From positions 262,292 through 326,291 of IMG/VR virus record IMGVR_UViG_3300027804_002812: a stretch of DNA of 64,000 bases. One strand, 5' to 3'. This document shows positions 8,845 through 17,926 of this stretch, piece by piece. The notes beneath the pieces are model-generated. The model searched no databases, was not told the origin of the DNA, and saw only the letters and a program-made list of their open reading frames with translations. Position 1 is the stretch's first letter; each line of letters begins with the position of its first letter. The position numbers and the translations under genes are program-made. This stretch comes from a virus. Its lineage: Duplodnaviria > Caudoviricetes.

Positions 8845-9684
8845 TTAATAATTCAATATTAACAGCTCTTCACCCATATTTTGTTTTGTACCTTTTTTCG
8901 CTGCGGCGGCTTTAGCAAATTCTTTTTTCTCCCATCTATTTTTGGTTTCAGGAAACCAATCGTGTAATAGTTCAAAATCATAGTAGGATAAACTGAACTT
9001 ACCTTGTACCTTGTTCAAAGCAATTGCCAATCTTTCATGATCATCTCTATCAAAATCATGGTTACTATAATAATTTTCAGTTTTCCAATAAGGTGGATCA
9101 ACATAAAAATAAGTGGATGGTGAATCATATTTCTCAATCACATCTTGAAAGTCCAAATTCTCTACATCAGTAATTTTGAGAAAATGGTCAACCCATTTTG
9201 GTTTACTAAGTTTGTCTCTGAATGCAAGATATTTCGATCTATATTTACCCTTCAAATCAATGAAATTAGACGTTTCAGGTTTACTACCACTGAATACTTG
9301 TGACAATACATAAACATACTTCGCAGCGGTAAGATAATCACACTTCCCAACGTTGAACCTTTCATTGAATATCTCAGACTGAAACATGTAGAACTTATCT
9401 CTTAGTTCTATTGGAGTGTATGCCACCCCAACTTTCTGTACTTCGATTTCATCCATTACACGTTGAAGCTCTGATGGATTCTGAACACATTGAAATAGAT
9501 TGTAATTTAATGGATTAAAGTCATTGTAAACGACTTTCTTAAGGTTTGGATACTTTTCCATATCCATGTTAAAAAAACACCAAAACATACCTGAAAAAGG
9601 TTCTACATATGTTTCCATGTCTGTTGGATAAAATGGTACTATCCACTTACCTATTTTTGATTTACCTCCAATATAACTTATCAT
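8845..9684 (-). CDS. D12-class N6-adenine DNA methyltransferase (Dam-like)
   Basis: YIGGKS, EPFSG, YNDFN and YVDPPY motifs in Dam-family order; target sequence unknown. Confidence 0.9.
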   Translation of the reverse strand: MISYIGGKSKIGKWIVPFYPTDMETYVEPFSGMFWCFFNMDMEKYPNLKKVVYNDFNPLNYNLFQCVQNPSELQRVMDEIEVQKVGVAYTPIELRDKFYMFQSEIFNERFNVGKCDYLTAAKYVYVLSQVFSGSKPETSNFIDLKGKYRSKYLAFRDKLSKPKWVDHFLKITDVENLDFQDVIEKYDSPSTYFYVDPPYWKTENYYSNHDFDRDDHERLAIALNKVQGKFSLSYYDFELLHDWFPETKNRWEKKEFAKAAAAKKGTKQNMGEELLILNY

Positions 9685-9688
9685 AGCA

Positions 9689-9720
9689 CAATGATAATAA
9701 AAAAATTTAACAAAGGCAAT
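9689..9720 (-). promoter_or_regulatory. Bacteroidota-type promoter variant upstream of the methylase
   Basis: - strand ATTG, 20 nt spacer, TATCATTG (one mismatch), 4 nt before ATG 9684. Confidence 0.45.
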
Positions 9721-9893
9721 TACTTATAACAATTTTTGTAAGGGCGACAGGAGGCTTTCTGTGTAAATCCCATTTCATCACACGGTGTCGACTCACAATA
9801 GGATTTACTATACTTACGAGGTTTTTTATATTTCCCCTGTTCCTTCTCGTCAAGGTACATATAAAGGATTCTACGAATTTGTTCACTTAGCAT
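9720..9893 (-). CDS. Small 57-aa Cys-rich protein
   Basis: Below cutoff: MLSEQIRRILYMYLDEKEQGKYKKPRKYSKSYCESTPCDEMGFTQKASCRPYKNCYK* (four Cys); fills an otherwise empty gap. Confidence 0.7.
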   Translation of the reverse strand: MLSEQIRRILYMYLDEKEQGKYKKPRKYSKSYCESTPCDEMGFTQKASCRPYKNCYK

Positions 9894-9903
9894 ACTTATA
9901 ATT

Positions 9904-10044
9904 ATGGCAGAATGTAAAAAATGTAATCAAAAACCAACAAGTAAAACACAATATTACACAATTGGTATTGGTGTTTATCTTTTAGGGTCATCAATCTACG
10001 GAACAGTAAAAATATTTGAATTACTAATTGGATTAATTAAATAG
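9904..10044 (+). CDS. Small 46-aa membrane protein with N-terminal CxxC
   Basis: MAECKKCNQKPTSKTQYYTIGIGVYLLGSSIYGTVKIFELLIGLIK*; one hydrophobic helix. Confidence 0.6.
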   Translation: MAECKKCNQKPTSKTQYYTIGIGVYLLGSSIYGTVKIFELLIGLIK

Positions 10045-10951
10045 TCCTCTCGAACTTTACGTTCAATTTCAAATACATATCCCCTCCATTATAACCCTTA
10101 CCTCTTAACCTTAAGGGTTTGGACGTATCGAACACCTTTGGAGAATCTATCCTTAACTCACCATCAGGATGTGGAATATTGTATTTATCTTTTTTCAAAT
10201 CTTCCAAATTCAAAAATAAGTTATAAATTAAGTCGTTGTTGAATTTCTCGAAACCGTCTTTAGGCACCACCTCAATTTGAATTACCAAATCACCGTATTC
10301 TCCATTCTTAAAATCACCAGCTCTTTCTATTTTTAGGTATTGACCACTATCAACTCCCTTAGGGATCATAAACCTTAAGTCCGCAGCAGTTTGTTTTGTG
10401 CCTCTACCATCACACCCATAACATTTGTGAACCAAAGTATATCCTCTGCCTCCACAAGTTGGACAAGCGGATCTAACTTGTTGAGTCATAAATCCAGTTC
10501 CAAAGTATTTCATAAAGAATCCTTGTCCATTACAAGACCCACACTTTTGTTGTTCCCCACCTGCCCCACTACATACATTGCAATGAGTATCCTTCATATA
10601 TTGAATGGTCTTTTCGTCTCCCTTATATGATTCAATCGGATTGATTTGAACCCGTACAATTTTATCAGGAGCACTCTTTCGTTTCGGTTGTTGGAACCCT
10701 CCACCAAACATTTGTGAAAACATTTGTTCGTACGCAGTACCTTGAAATGGATTATTTCCTCTGTTGTCGTATTCAGCTCTTTTATCAGGATTACCTAAAA
10801 TTTCATATGCTTCTGCAATTTCTTTGAACTTCTCTTCCCCCTGAGGATTTTTGTCAGGATGGTATTGTGCCGCAAGTCTTCTATAAGACTTTTTTATTTC
10901 ATCCTGAGAGGCTTTCTCTTCAACTTCTAAAATTTTATAGTAATCTTTCAT
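10037..10951 (-). CDS. dnaJ: DnaJ chaperone (type I, with zinc finger)
   Basis: J-domain with HPD, short G/F region, four CxxCxGxG repeats, C-terminal GDL domain. Confidence 0.95.
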   Translation of the reverse strand: MKDYYKILEVEEKASQDEIKKSYRRLAAQYHPDKNPQGEEKFKEIAEAYEILGNPDKRAEYDNRGNNPFQGTAYEQMFSQMFGGGFQQPKRKSAPDKIVRVQINPIESYKGDEKTIQYMKDTHCNVCSGAGGEQQKCGSCNGQGFFMKYFGTGFMTQQVRSACPTCGGRGYTLVHKCYGCDGRGTKQTAADLRFMIPKGVDSGQYLKIERAGDFKNGEYGDLVIQIEVVPKDGFEKFNNDLIYNLFLNLEDLKKDKYNIPHPDGELRIDSPKVFDTSKPLRLRGKGYNGGDMYLKLNVKFERTI

Positions 10952-10953
10952 AT

Positions 10954-11598
10954 ATGGAGAACTACATGGTAGTCTTATTCAAGAATAAAAAAAAGAAAAA
11001 AATTATAAAGAAGTTTATAACATTCTCCCGTGCAAAACAATTTTATGATAAATTAATTAAAGAATCAAACGAAGTATTATTTGAAGTTAAAGTTGAAGGT
11101 GGCGCCGAATGTAGGTACGAAGTGGGAATTGTGGAGATGAGTTCAAAACAATTAATCCCAGTTTATATGACCGACGAGTATGGCAGAAATATCAAAGTTA
11201 AATTGGATGAAGATGGTATGACTTTGTTCAAAATTGAACCGTATAAAAAAGAAGAAACCATTTACGACATCAGGGAACAGAAAAAAATAAAAACACAAAC
11301 CTTTATTAAAAAATATTTGAAGGGGGACGGTTTGAAAATGATTTCAGTACTTAATAATAAAATTGTTCTCCAAGAAGACGAAAAGATTCACCTCTTTACA
11401 TTAAAGTCAGAAAGTGAATCTTCAAGATTTGTTGATAGTATTTCCTCGTATTTTTTCAAAATCAAAAGAGGAGATTGTTTGTTTGTAAAAGATTATTCTA
11501 CCGCACAAAGGAAATCTTTATATGCATTATTAGAATCTGCAGGTATCGATAAAAAAATATTATATAGGAAATTTACGACGCTACCTCAGTCAAAATAA
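10954..11598 (+). CDS. Hypothetical protein
   Basis: Likely start MENYMVV at 10954; the ORF-track start at 10867 lies inside dnaJ. Confidence 0.7.
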   Translation: MENYMVVLFKNKKKKKIIKKFITFSRAKQFYDKLIKESNEVLFEVKVEGGAECRYEVGIVEMSSKQLIPVYMTDEYGRNIKVKLDEDGMTLFKIEPYKKEETIYDIREQKKIKTQTFIKKYLKGDGLKMISVLNNKIVLQEDEKIHLFTLKSESESSRFVDSISSYFFKIKRGDCLFVKDYSTAQRKSLYALLESAGIDKKILYRKFTTLPQSK

Positions 11599-11803
11599 AA
11601 TGAAATTCTGTGCCTGAAATATCAATAGAAAATTGTTTGTGATGTCGATCAACCTCCCTGAAATGATTAATAACACTGGTATATTCTCCCTTTGGTAACT
11701 CGAATACAATTGTTGCCTTACCACTAAAAATAGTCTGACAGGACTCAGCAATTAATGCCAACTTTTCTAACTCCCCAAAATTAATATCTTTATCTTCTGC
11801 CAT
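11573..11803 (-). CDS. Hypothetical protein
   Basis: 76 aa ORF, last in a - strand run. Confidence 0.6.
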   Translation of the reverse strand: MAEDKDINFGELEKLALIAESCQTIFSGKATIVFELPKGEYTSVINHFREVDRHHKQFSIDISGTEFHFILTEVAS

Positions 11804-11961
11804 AATGTTAGTTTTTTAGGTTCTCGGAACAATTCTTCTTTTTTGATACCACGAATTTCCTCAATATATTTTCTTTTTGTATTTTCAATTTCCTTTGTAT
11901 CTTTCAACTTTTCACTTTCCAACCAATTCAGTATCGACTGGTTCCTGTTCGTCTTGCTCAT
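11767..11961 (-). CDS. Small hypothetical protein (C-terminal LWQKIKILILG)
   Basis: Likely start MSKTNRN at 11961. Confidence 0.55.
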   Translation of the reverse strand: MSKTNRNQSILNWLESEKLKDTKEIENTKRKYIEEIRGIKKEELFREPKKLTLWQKIKILILGS

Positions 11962-12385
11962 AGTCAGAATCATTATCGTCATCATCCAATTCAACATCTA
12001 ATTCTGGTGTATCATCACCATCATCGAAGTCAAAATATAAATTTTGAAGTTTATCTAAATCAGTTTTTTCAAATGTAGATTTCAATCGTTCAACAGTTTC
12101 TTTGAATAATCTTTCTTTTAATTCTTTTTCTTTGTTTAACTTAATGACCTTAGATATTTTTGTCATAGTCTTAGAAACTTCAGAATCATCTATAGGAGAA
12201 ACAAATGAAATCCCTTTCAGGTTTTGATTTTCTGCCTCAAATCCGACAATCTGACCTTCTTCAACAATACTTTTAGGTAAAGACCATTTAGTAGGGAAAA
12301 CCATATCAAAACTTAAGTAAGTTTTTAGTTTCCTAATCGAGTGTAGATACTCAACAAATGGTAATAATTCTTTATAAAAACTCAT
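11912..12385 (-). CDS. Hypothetical protein with acidic tail
   Basis: 157 aa; start overlaps the upstream stop (ATGA). Confidence 0.65.
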   Translation of the reverse strand: MSFYKELLPFVEYLHSIRKLKTYLSFDMVFPTKWSLPKSIVEEGQIVGFEAENQNLKGISFVSPIDDSEVSKTMTKISKVIKLNKEKELKERLFKETVERLKSTFEKTDLDKLQNLYFDFDDGDDTPELDVELDDDDNDSDYEQDEQEPVDTELVGK

Positions 12386-12570
12386 GATAGATATATGTAG
12401 GTGATGATGTAACTTATTGATAATCCTAAGGTTATAAGTTCCCTGTTAGAATAAACCAAAGGTTTTGGTTCTTTTTCTAACAGGGCTCCTATAAATTTTA
12501 ATGCGTGTCTTAGTGACACTAATATTGTAAACACAAATATAAAAAAATATATTGTATTAATATTATGCAT
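12382..12570 (-). CDS. Small two-helix membrane protein
   Basis: Likely start MHNINTIYFF at 12570; two hydrophobic stretches. Confidence 0.6.
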   Translation of the reverse strand: MHNINTIYFFIFVFTILVSLRHALKFIGALLEKEPKPLVYSNRELITLGLSISYIITYIYLS

Positions 12571-12745
12571 TTTTCTCGGTTTTGCTGTGTTCAAGAACCT
12601 CAGTTCTGAATTGTTGAAGTAAAGCTTTTAGTTCTTGTGCAGATTTTCTTGCACGGGTACCCGCACTTTTATTACCTTTATAGAATTTAGCCGCATCAAC
12701 TGACAATAGTTCAGTAAGTTCTTTAATTTGTTCTAATGTTTCCAT
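12563..12745 (-). CDS. Histone H1-like / Hc1-family small nucleoid protein
   Basis: DAAKFYKGNKSAGTRARKSAQELK matches the KF...GNK.AG.R.RK..QE.K pattern of Bacteroidota Hc1-family proteins. Confidence 0.8.
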   Translation of the reverse strand: METLEQIKELTELLSVDAAKFYKGNKSAGTRARKSAQELKALLQQFRTEVLEHSKTEKNA

Positions 12746-12825
12746 TTCTAATCTAATTAATGTTTATTGTTTATGTGATAAAAATAACTTTATTTACTCC
12801 TGTGTAAATAGAGGATGGTTTTTTT

Positions 12826-13302
12826 CTACTTAACATTTTTCTCCATCATTTTGTAAATCTCCGTAATCATATCCAAATCTGACTTGCTAAATGGTTTTGA
12901 CATATTGAATATATCATTCAGAAATATTGGAACCGAGTCTTTAACTTTCTTGTCACTTTGGTTATAAAATGTGTCCATGTAAAAAGACTTAAGATAGTCT
13001 TTATGTTCACCATTCAAGGTAATGACTATATTTTCTTTCTTAAAATTTTCAATCATTTTCTCCCAACACCAGTCAAAATGAGATTTTTTATCATCTTGAG
13101 ATAAAACTATTTTAGTTTCAATTGCATTGCCATTTGAATCACCCATATAGGTGTCAGTAATCACATAGTTCAATGATTTGAATATGTCACCATATAATTC
13201 AATTTTTTCATAAATCATATTGTGCACGTTAAACCAAATGACCACTTCGTCATTGGGAACTGGTTTGGCTATCCAATTAAAAAAATTCTCCATAGAGTTC
13301 AT
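12826..13302 (-). CDS. Hypothetical protein
   Basis: 158 aa; alternative start at 13293 (MENFF). Confidence 0.7.
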   Translation of the reverse strand: MNSMENFFNWIAKPVPNDEVVIWFNVHNMIYEKIELYGDIFKSLNYVITDTYMGDSNGNAIETKIVLSQDDKKSHFDWCWEKMIENFKKENIVITLNGEHKDYLKSFYMDTFYNQSDKKVKDSVPIFLNDIFNMSKPFSKSDLDMITEIYKMMEKNVK

Positions 13303-13341
13303 CTATGGAGAATATAATACAAATCAAATAAATGTGAATTT

Positions 13342-14802
13342 TTATTGTGTTTTTCTGTTGTATCCGATAAGATTTTTCATCTTTTCCATCTCTTCAGAAA
13401 TAACTTTAGACTTTTTGTTTTCAGTTGACTCAAGTTGGTTCATTATTTTCTGTGCCTTTGCCGTAGAACCTTTCTTCAATCCACCTGATTGTGTTTTGTC
13501 ACCAGCAATATCTACAGGTTGTGGTTGTCTCTTGTATGAAACATTCATTTGTTCCGCTCCGTACAAATTATCGTCAAAATTCTTTTTGAATCTGTCGCCA
13601 ACTTTTTCACTTCTTTTAGAAACGTTTCCTAATGCTTTACCATCTTTACCTGTTACAGCATTTCCGTTTTTAGAATCACCTTTGATTTGCTTCTCAATCA
13701 TCTCGTCATCAGGTTTGATTTCATCATAAACTAAATTAGTCATTCCAGGATATGCGAATGCCTCGATATACTCTTCTACTGCATCGGATGGATGATATTT
13801 CTTTTCCTTGTGGTCTTTTTCCATGTCGTAATTACTTTGAGGGAAATCGTCAGGGTTTTCGTCATATCCTCCATCACCTGATACCATGTCCTTCATGTAA
13901 TCCTTCATTTTCTTAATTACCTCTTTAGCGTAATCATCATTTTCTTTTTTATTAAGACCCAAAACCTTATCAGTTTTTTTCAAACCTTCAGGACTCTTGT
14001 TAGAAATATTTGATTTTTCGTCTTTATCTTTAACTGATTGTTCCAACACGATTTGTTCTATTAGGTCAATCAATTCATCCTCAGTCAATTTCAAAGAAGA
14101 TTTTCTATTTTCTTTAACCTTGTATGTTTTTCCATCAACTTCAAAGGAATCTTTACCAGATTTCTTCGCGTCAGCTAATGCCCCACTAAATGCATTCCCT
14201 TCTTCAGTTTCAGCCTCTCCCATATCTCTTGGAGTTCTAACTCTGAATGGCTTTCCATACCTTTTTTTATATAAGTCAAAGAATTTTTTACCCTCTTCAC
14301 CTTGTGCAAATAATCTTTGTTTTCCACCATACTTAGAATCAAATGAATCGAAATCGTCAAACTCTTCTTCATCATAATCAAAGTCAAAATCTCCAGTATA
14401 TTGTCTATCGTCTTCGTCATAAAATCCGTGTTCATCATCAAATGAACCAATCATTTTTGGTCTACGAGTCACATGAAACTTATCTCTACCCATTTCCATA
14501 CCCATATCTTCTTTTTCGAAGTCATCTCCACTCTCACTTTCATCATCGTAGAAATAAAACTCATCAACTTCTTTTTTGTGATTTTTAGTATCTCTAAGTT
14601 TTTTGAAGTCAGCAGCTGTGATTTTACCTTTTGGTTCTGCAACATCAATCTTTTTTTGGCCACCTTTAAGTTGTTCGTCAACTTCAATCTCAGTCCATTC
14701 TCCTTCTTCTAATTGTTCAGAAATTTGTTTTGCTTTATTTTCAATTTCCTCATTCAATATTTTGGAAACTAATTTGTCTATGTTGATTTTGAAATTACTC
14801 AT
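13342..14802 (-). CDS. Acidic low-complexity protein, probably head/scaffold-associated
   Basis: EGNAFSGALADAKKSGKDSFEVDGKTYKVKE motif of the kind seen in large-phage late proteins; TATTTAT at 14820-14826 upstream. Function inferred. Confidence 0.55.
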   Translation of the reverse strand: MSNFKINIDKLVSKILNEEIENKAKQISEQLEEGEWTEIEVDEQLKGGQKKIDVAEPKGKITAADFKKLRDTKNHKKEVDEFYFYDDESESGDDFEKEDMGMEMGRDKFHVTRRPKMIGSFDDEHGFYDEDDRQYTGDFDFDYDEEEFDDFDSFDSKYGGKQRLFAQGEEGKKFFDLYKKRYGKPFRVRTPRDMGEAETEEGNAFSGALADAKKSGKDSFEVDGKTYKVKENRKSSLKLTEDELIDLIEQIVLEQSVKDKDEKSNISNKSPEGLKKTDKVLGLNKKENDDYAKEVIKKMKDYMKDMVSGDGGYDENPDDFPQSNYDMEKDHKEKKYHPSDAVEEYIEAFAYPGMTNLVYDEIKPDDEMIEKQIKGDSKNGNAVTGKDGKALGNVSKRSEKVGDRFKKNFDDNLYGAEQMNVSYKRQPQPVDIAGDKTQSGGLKKGSTAKAQKIMNQLESTENKKSKVISEEMEKMKNLIGYNRKTQ

Positions 14803-14829
14803 TGTTTTTATTTTTTATAATAAATATCT

Positions 14830-15807
14830 TTATTTGTTACTTTTGTTCTTATTTCGGTATTCATGCTCCAAAATAGTTATAATCACAGACTCATCAATAT
14901 TCAATTTACTTGCCACTCTCTTTATTGCTTCTTTAACTGATTCATTTTTACTTAATTTCAAGTTTGTGATATCACCCTGATTACAATATGGGAATGTTGT
15001 ACATTTCTTCTTAATCTTTACAAATGACCCTCCTTTATATTGTGTCTTTCGACTTGGCCCCCAATCCTTTTTCTTTGTTGATTTTGCCCACATTGCAGGT
15101 GTTTCATATCCTCCTGATGAACCTGTTGTTGTCGCCTCTTTCGCTTCAACTTTCTCAACTTCACTCTCTTCCAATTTTGGTGTTTCACTTCTACTTCTTT
15201 CCCAAAACTGATCATCACCACCAAAAACTGGCGCTGAATATGCTCCAACAGAACCTGATCCAGTTGCTTCTTTGGGCTCCGATTTCTTAATTTGTTTGAA
15301 AGCACATCTCTTCAAAAAATCTACGTGGTCAAAATCAACTTTTTCCCTCTTCAATTTTTTAATCATATTATGTGCAACCTCTTTTCTGTTAGACGTATCT
15401 TTGATTTGCTTGATAATTTCAATTATTCCATCAACCATTTCTTTATCATTTTGGTCGGACTCATTGTGTTTAATTTCGTTTGTCTCCATCTTAGATAATT
15501 TATCGTAGTACTTTGGGTCTTCTGATATGTGGTCCATAGCAATTTCTTTTGCTTTCTCCTTATCGTCTGTATGTTCCATCTCAACTTTAACACCTTTATC
15601 AAATTGTTTGGTTAATACTTTAACATCAACTTTGTGTTTTTTTGCAATATCACTCAAACTTTTATCATCAGCAACTCCTCCTTCAAGTTTTTCCTCTGTG
15701 AATCCTTGTTTATATTTCATGTGGTCTTGTAATGTTGATGAGTTTAGACTTATCTGCGAAAACGCTTTATCTAAACTATTCTTGAATAAATCTGCTGAAC
15801 TTTTCAT
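14830..15807 (-). CDS. DUF5661-like domain protein
   Basis: LEGGVAD...KGVKVEMEHTDD...AKEIAMDHISEDPKYYDKL; two EAT..GS.G.Y..P motifs; CTTFPYCNQGD. Confidence 0.7.
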   Translation of the reverse strand: MKSSADLFKNSLDKAFSQISLNSSTLQDHMKYKQGFTEEKLEGGVADDKSLSDIAKKHKVDVKVLTKQFDKGVKVEMEHTDDKEKAKEIAMDHISEDPKYYDKLSKMETNEIKHNESDQNDKEMVDGIIEIIKQIKDTSNRKEVAHNMIKKLKREKVDFDHVDFLKRCAFKQIKKSEPKEATGSGSVGAYSAPVFGGDDQFWERSRSETPKLEESEVEKVEAKEATTTGSSGGYETPAMWAKSTKKKDWGPSRKTQYKGGSFVKIKKKCTTFPYCNQGDITNLKLSKNESVKEAIKRVASKLNIDESVIITILEHEYRNKNKSNK

Positions 15808-15818
15808 TTCACTTATTT

Positions 15819-16064
15819 TTAGGCATTCTTAAGTCTTGGCTCCCAATAACTTCTATTCATCCACATGAATTGGTAGAATTCTCGGAACATTCTTAATGTG
15901 ATGTCTTTGACTTCACCCTCGAGTTTACCTCGTTTAATTTCTTTCTGAATTCTATCCATCAACTGGTCTTCAAACTGTTTAATAGTATTATTGTTCATAA
16001 AGGATTTTATTTCTTTACGAATCATAACTTCTATTTCTTTAGCTTCTGAACTTGTAAGTGCCAT
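15819..16064 (-). CDS. Hypothetical protein
   Basis: 81 aa; start overlaps the upstream stop. Confidence 0.65.
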   Translation of the reverse strand: MALTSSEAKEIEVMIRKEIKSFMNNNTIKQFEDQLMDRIQKEIKRGKLEGEVKDITLRMFREFYQFMWMNRSYWEPRLKNA

Positions 16065-16489
16065 TAGTTACCTATTAATAAAAACGTGGTTAATCCCAAC
16101 CCTGCAAAAGTACCCAACTTCCATAAAAAAGTTTGAGCTCTTTGTCCCTTTAATTCTTTATGTAAACTATCCGTTAACTCTTTGGATAATTTAAGTTGCT
16201 CGTCCTTTTTTCCAATGATGAACTGATTATTCTCATCTTTTTGTGTCAAAATGGTAATGATATTATCTTTTTGTGACTCTCTTTCCTCCACTTTTTGAAG
16301 TTTGAGTTTCATAAATCCCATTTCTTCCTTCAATCCATCATATTTCAACAAATCTTGATAGACCAATCTGGCAACTCTAACGCTTAATACTACTTTGGAA
16401 GAATCTGTTGTCTCAGTTTGAATAACGGTCTGCGAAAAGCTTCTCGAGCTCAACATTACCAATAAAACCAACACTAATAACTTTTTCAT
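16064..16489 (-). CDS. Signal-peptide, coiled-coil and C-terminal TM protein (spanin-like candidate)
   Basis: MKKLLVLVLLVMLSSRSFSQ signal peptide, heptad region, hydrophobic C-terminus; lies near the amidase. Confidence 0.5.
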   Translation of the reverse strand: MKKLLVLVLLVMLSSRSFSQTVIQTETTDSSKVVLSVRVARLVYQDLLKYDGLKEEMGFMKLKLQKVEERESQKDNIITILTQKDENNQFIIGKKDEQLKLSKELTDSLHKELKGQRAQTFLWKLGTFAGLGLTTFLLIGN

Positions 16490-16763
16490 CAGTTTGTTCT
16501 TTTACCATTTCTATATTGTTATCGATTTCATGAATTTCTTTGGTTATAGAATTTACTGTTTCTTTTATTACCAAAACTTTTTCATCCATCTCTTTATTGA
16601 CAGATTGAGCAGAATCAATTTCAACTTGGATATTCTCAATTTTTTCTTTATAGGATTTAACATCTGTTTTAATCCCATTTGTATTCAAAATATTCCATAA
16701 CGCTAACACTAATACTATCACTAGTAATATGTTTTGTTTGTTATTGATTATTTTCTCTCTCAT
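16413..16763 (-). CDS. N-terminal TM plus coiled-coil protein (i-spanin-like candidate)
   Basis: NILLVIVLVLALWNIL anchor followed by long heptad repeats. Confidence 0.5.
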   Translation of the reverse strand: MREKIINNKQNILLVIVLVLALWNILNTNGIKTDVKSYKEKIENIQVEIDSAQSVNKEMDEKVLVIKETVNSITKEIHEIDNNIEMVKEQTDEKVISVGFIGNVELEKLFADRYSN

Positions 16764-16764
16764 C

Positions 16765-17337
16765 TTAAACTGGTGATTCCGATGTCTTCTTTCTATTCGC
16801 CAAAACTTTACCCCACTTGGACTTAAATTTTTGGTAGAATTGTTGAAGTTTATTTATTAAAGTTAAAAACTCCTCATCGACTTTTATCATTTCTCCATTG
16901 ATGTATATTCCACTGTTCTCTCCAATTGTTAGGATGAAATCAATGTCTTCATCAATAAGTTTCCCCGACCACTCAACGCTATTTTTATATACATTCAATG
17001 TGTTGAAATCAACCAAGTCGGAAACCTCCTCAACGAATTCGTCCATCGTCTCTTGGAAAGCAACTTTCTCATCTGTGGTGATATCCAAATCACTTCTATC
17101 TTTACCGTGAAGTTTCAAAATACCACCAGAAATTCTGTATTTTTGGGACTTGTCTTTTGGAGTTGGTTCTTCACCAGCTTCAATATCAGTCTCAGCAGTA
17201 TCATACTCAACATCTTGTTGGATCCTACTTTCAACATCTTTAGCAACGTTTATTTGTCCGTCTTGCTCAAAGAGTAATTTGGACTTCTTTAATAGAGATT
17301 TAATCTCATCGTACCTTTCGTTATGCAAATTGCTCAT
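16765..17337 (-). CDS. Hypothetical protein
   Basis: 190 aa ORF in operon. Confidence 0.65.
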   Translation of the reverse strand: MSNLHNERYDEIKSLLKKSKLLFEQDGQINVAKDVESRIQQDVEYDTAETDIEAGEEPTPKDKSQKYRISGGILKLHGKDRSDLDITTDEKVAFQETMDEFVEEVSDLVDFNTLNVYKNSVEWSGKLIDEDIDFILTIGENSGIYINGEMIKVDEEFLTLINKLQQFYQKFKSKWGKVLANRKKTSESPV

Positions 17338-17926
17338 TTTCTAAAAATTTAATAAAGGTTTCGAAATTGAATGATGGGCTCAAGTCTGTGAATGTGGAGT
17401 TATAGTTACTTCTCGAGCAAATACCCTCGAAGTTTTCTATATTATCCACTTTCGTATTATGACCTACACACGTCTTTTCAATCTGAAGAGTATCTGTCAA
17501 ATACTTACACAACTCAGCAGTCATTTGAATTTGCTCAGGAGTGTAAGGTTGCCAAAAATAATAGTCTCTCCATTTTTTTTCGTAAACCTGTTGATTATAA
17601 ATACTTCCTTTCCAGTTAATATAATGATTGGATAATGGTTTCTTTTCCAACCATCCCAAATTCTCCAAACTCACAATTATCGAAAGTTTATTTGTTATTA
17701 CATCGTCAAAGAAATTACTATGTCCTTCATTGGACAATAATTGTAATACCCTTCCATCTCGAGTCACAACATAGTTTGGTATTTTATCGTATTTGGTGTT
17801 GTACCTAAACGTAAGGGAAGCCAAGTATTCCTCGACTTCCCTTGAAGTATGACACAAAATTATTTGCGTCTTTTGTTTGTATTTTCCTGTTGGTTTGAAT
17901 TTTCCGTATCTTTCAATATTAACCAT
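17321..17926 (-). CDS. N-acetylmuramoyl-L-alanine amidase (Amidase_2), probable endolysin
   Basis: IILCHT, YVVTRDGRVLQL, SIIVSLENLG, VGH, DLSPSF; the first Zn-ligand position reads C-H instead of H-H. Confidence 0.8.
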   Translation of the reverse strand: MVNIERYGKFKPTGKYKQKTQIILCHTSREVEEYLASLTFRYNTKYDKIPNYVVTRDGRVLQLLSNEGHSNFFDDVITNKLSIIVSLENLGWLEKKPLSNHYINWKGSIYNQQVYEKKWRDYYFWQPYTPEQIQMTAELCKYLTDTLQIEKTCVGHNTKVDNIENFEGICSRSNYNSTFTDLSPSFNFETFIKFLENEQFA

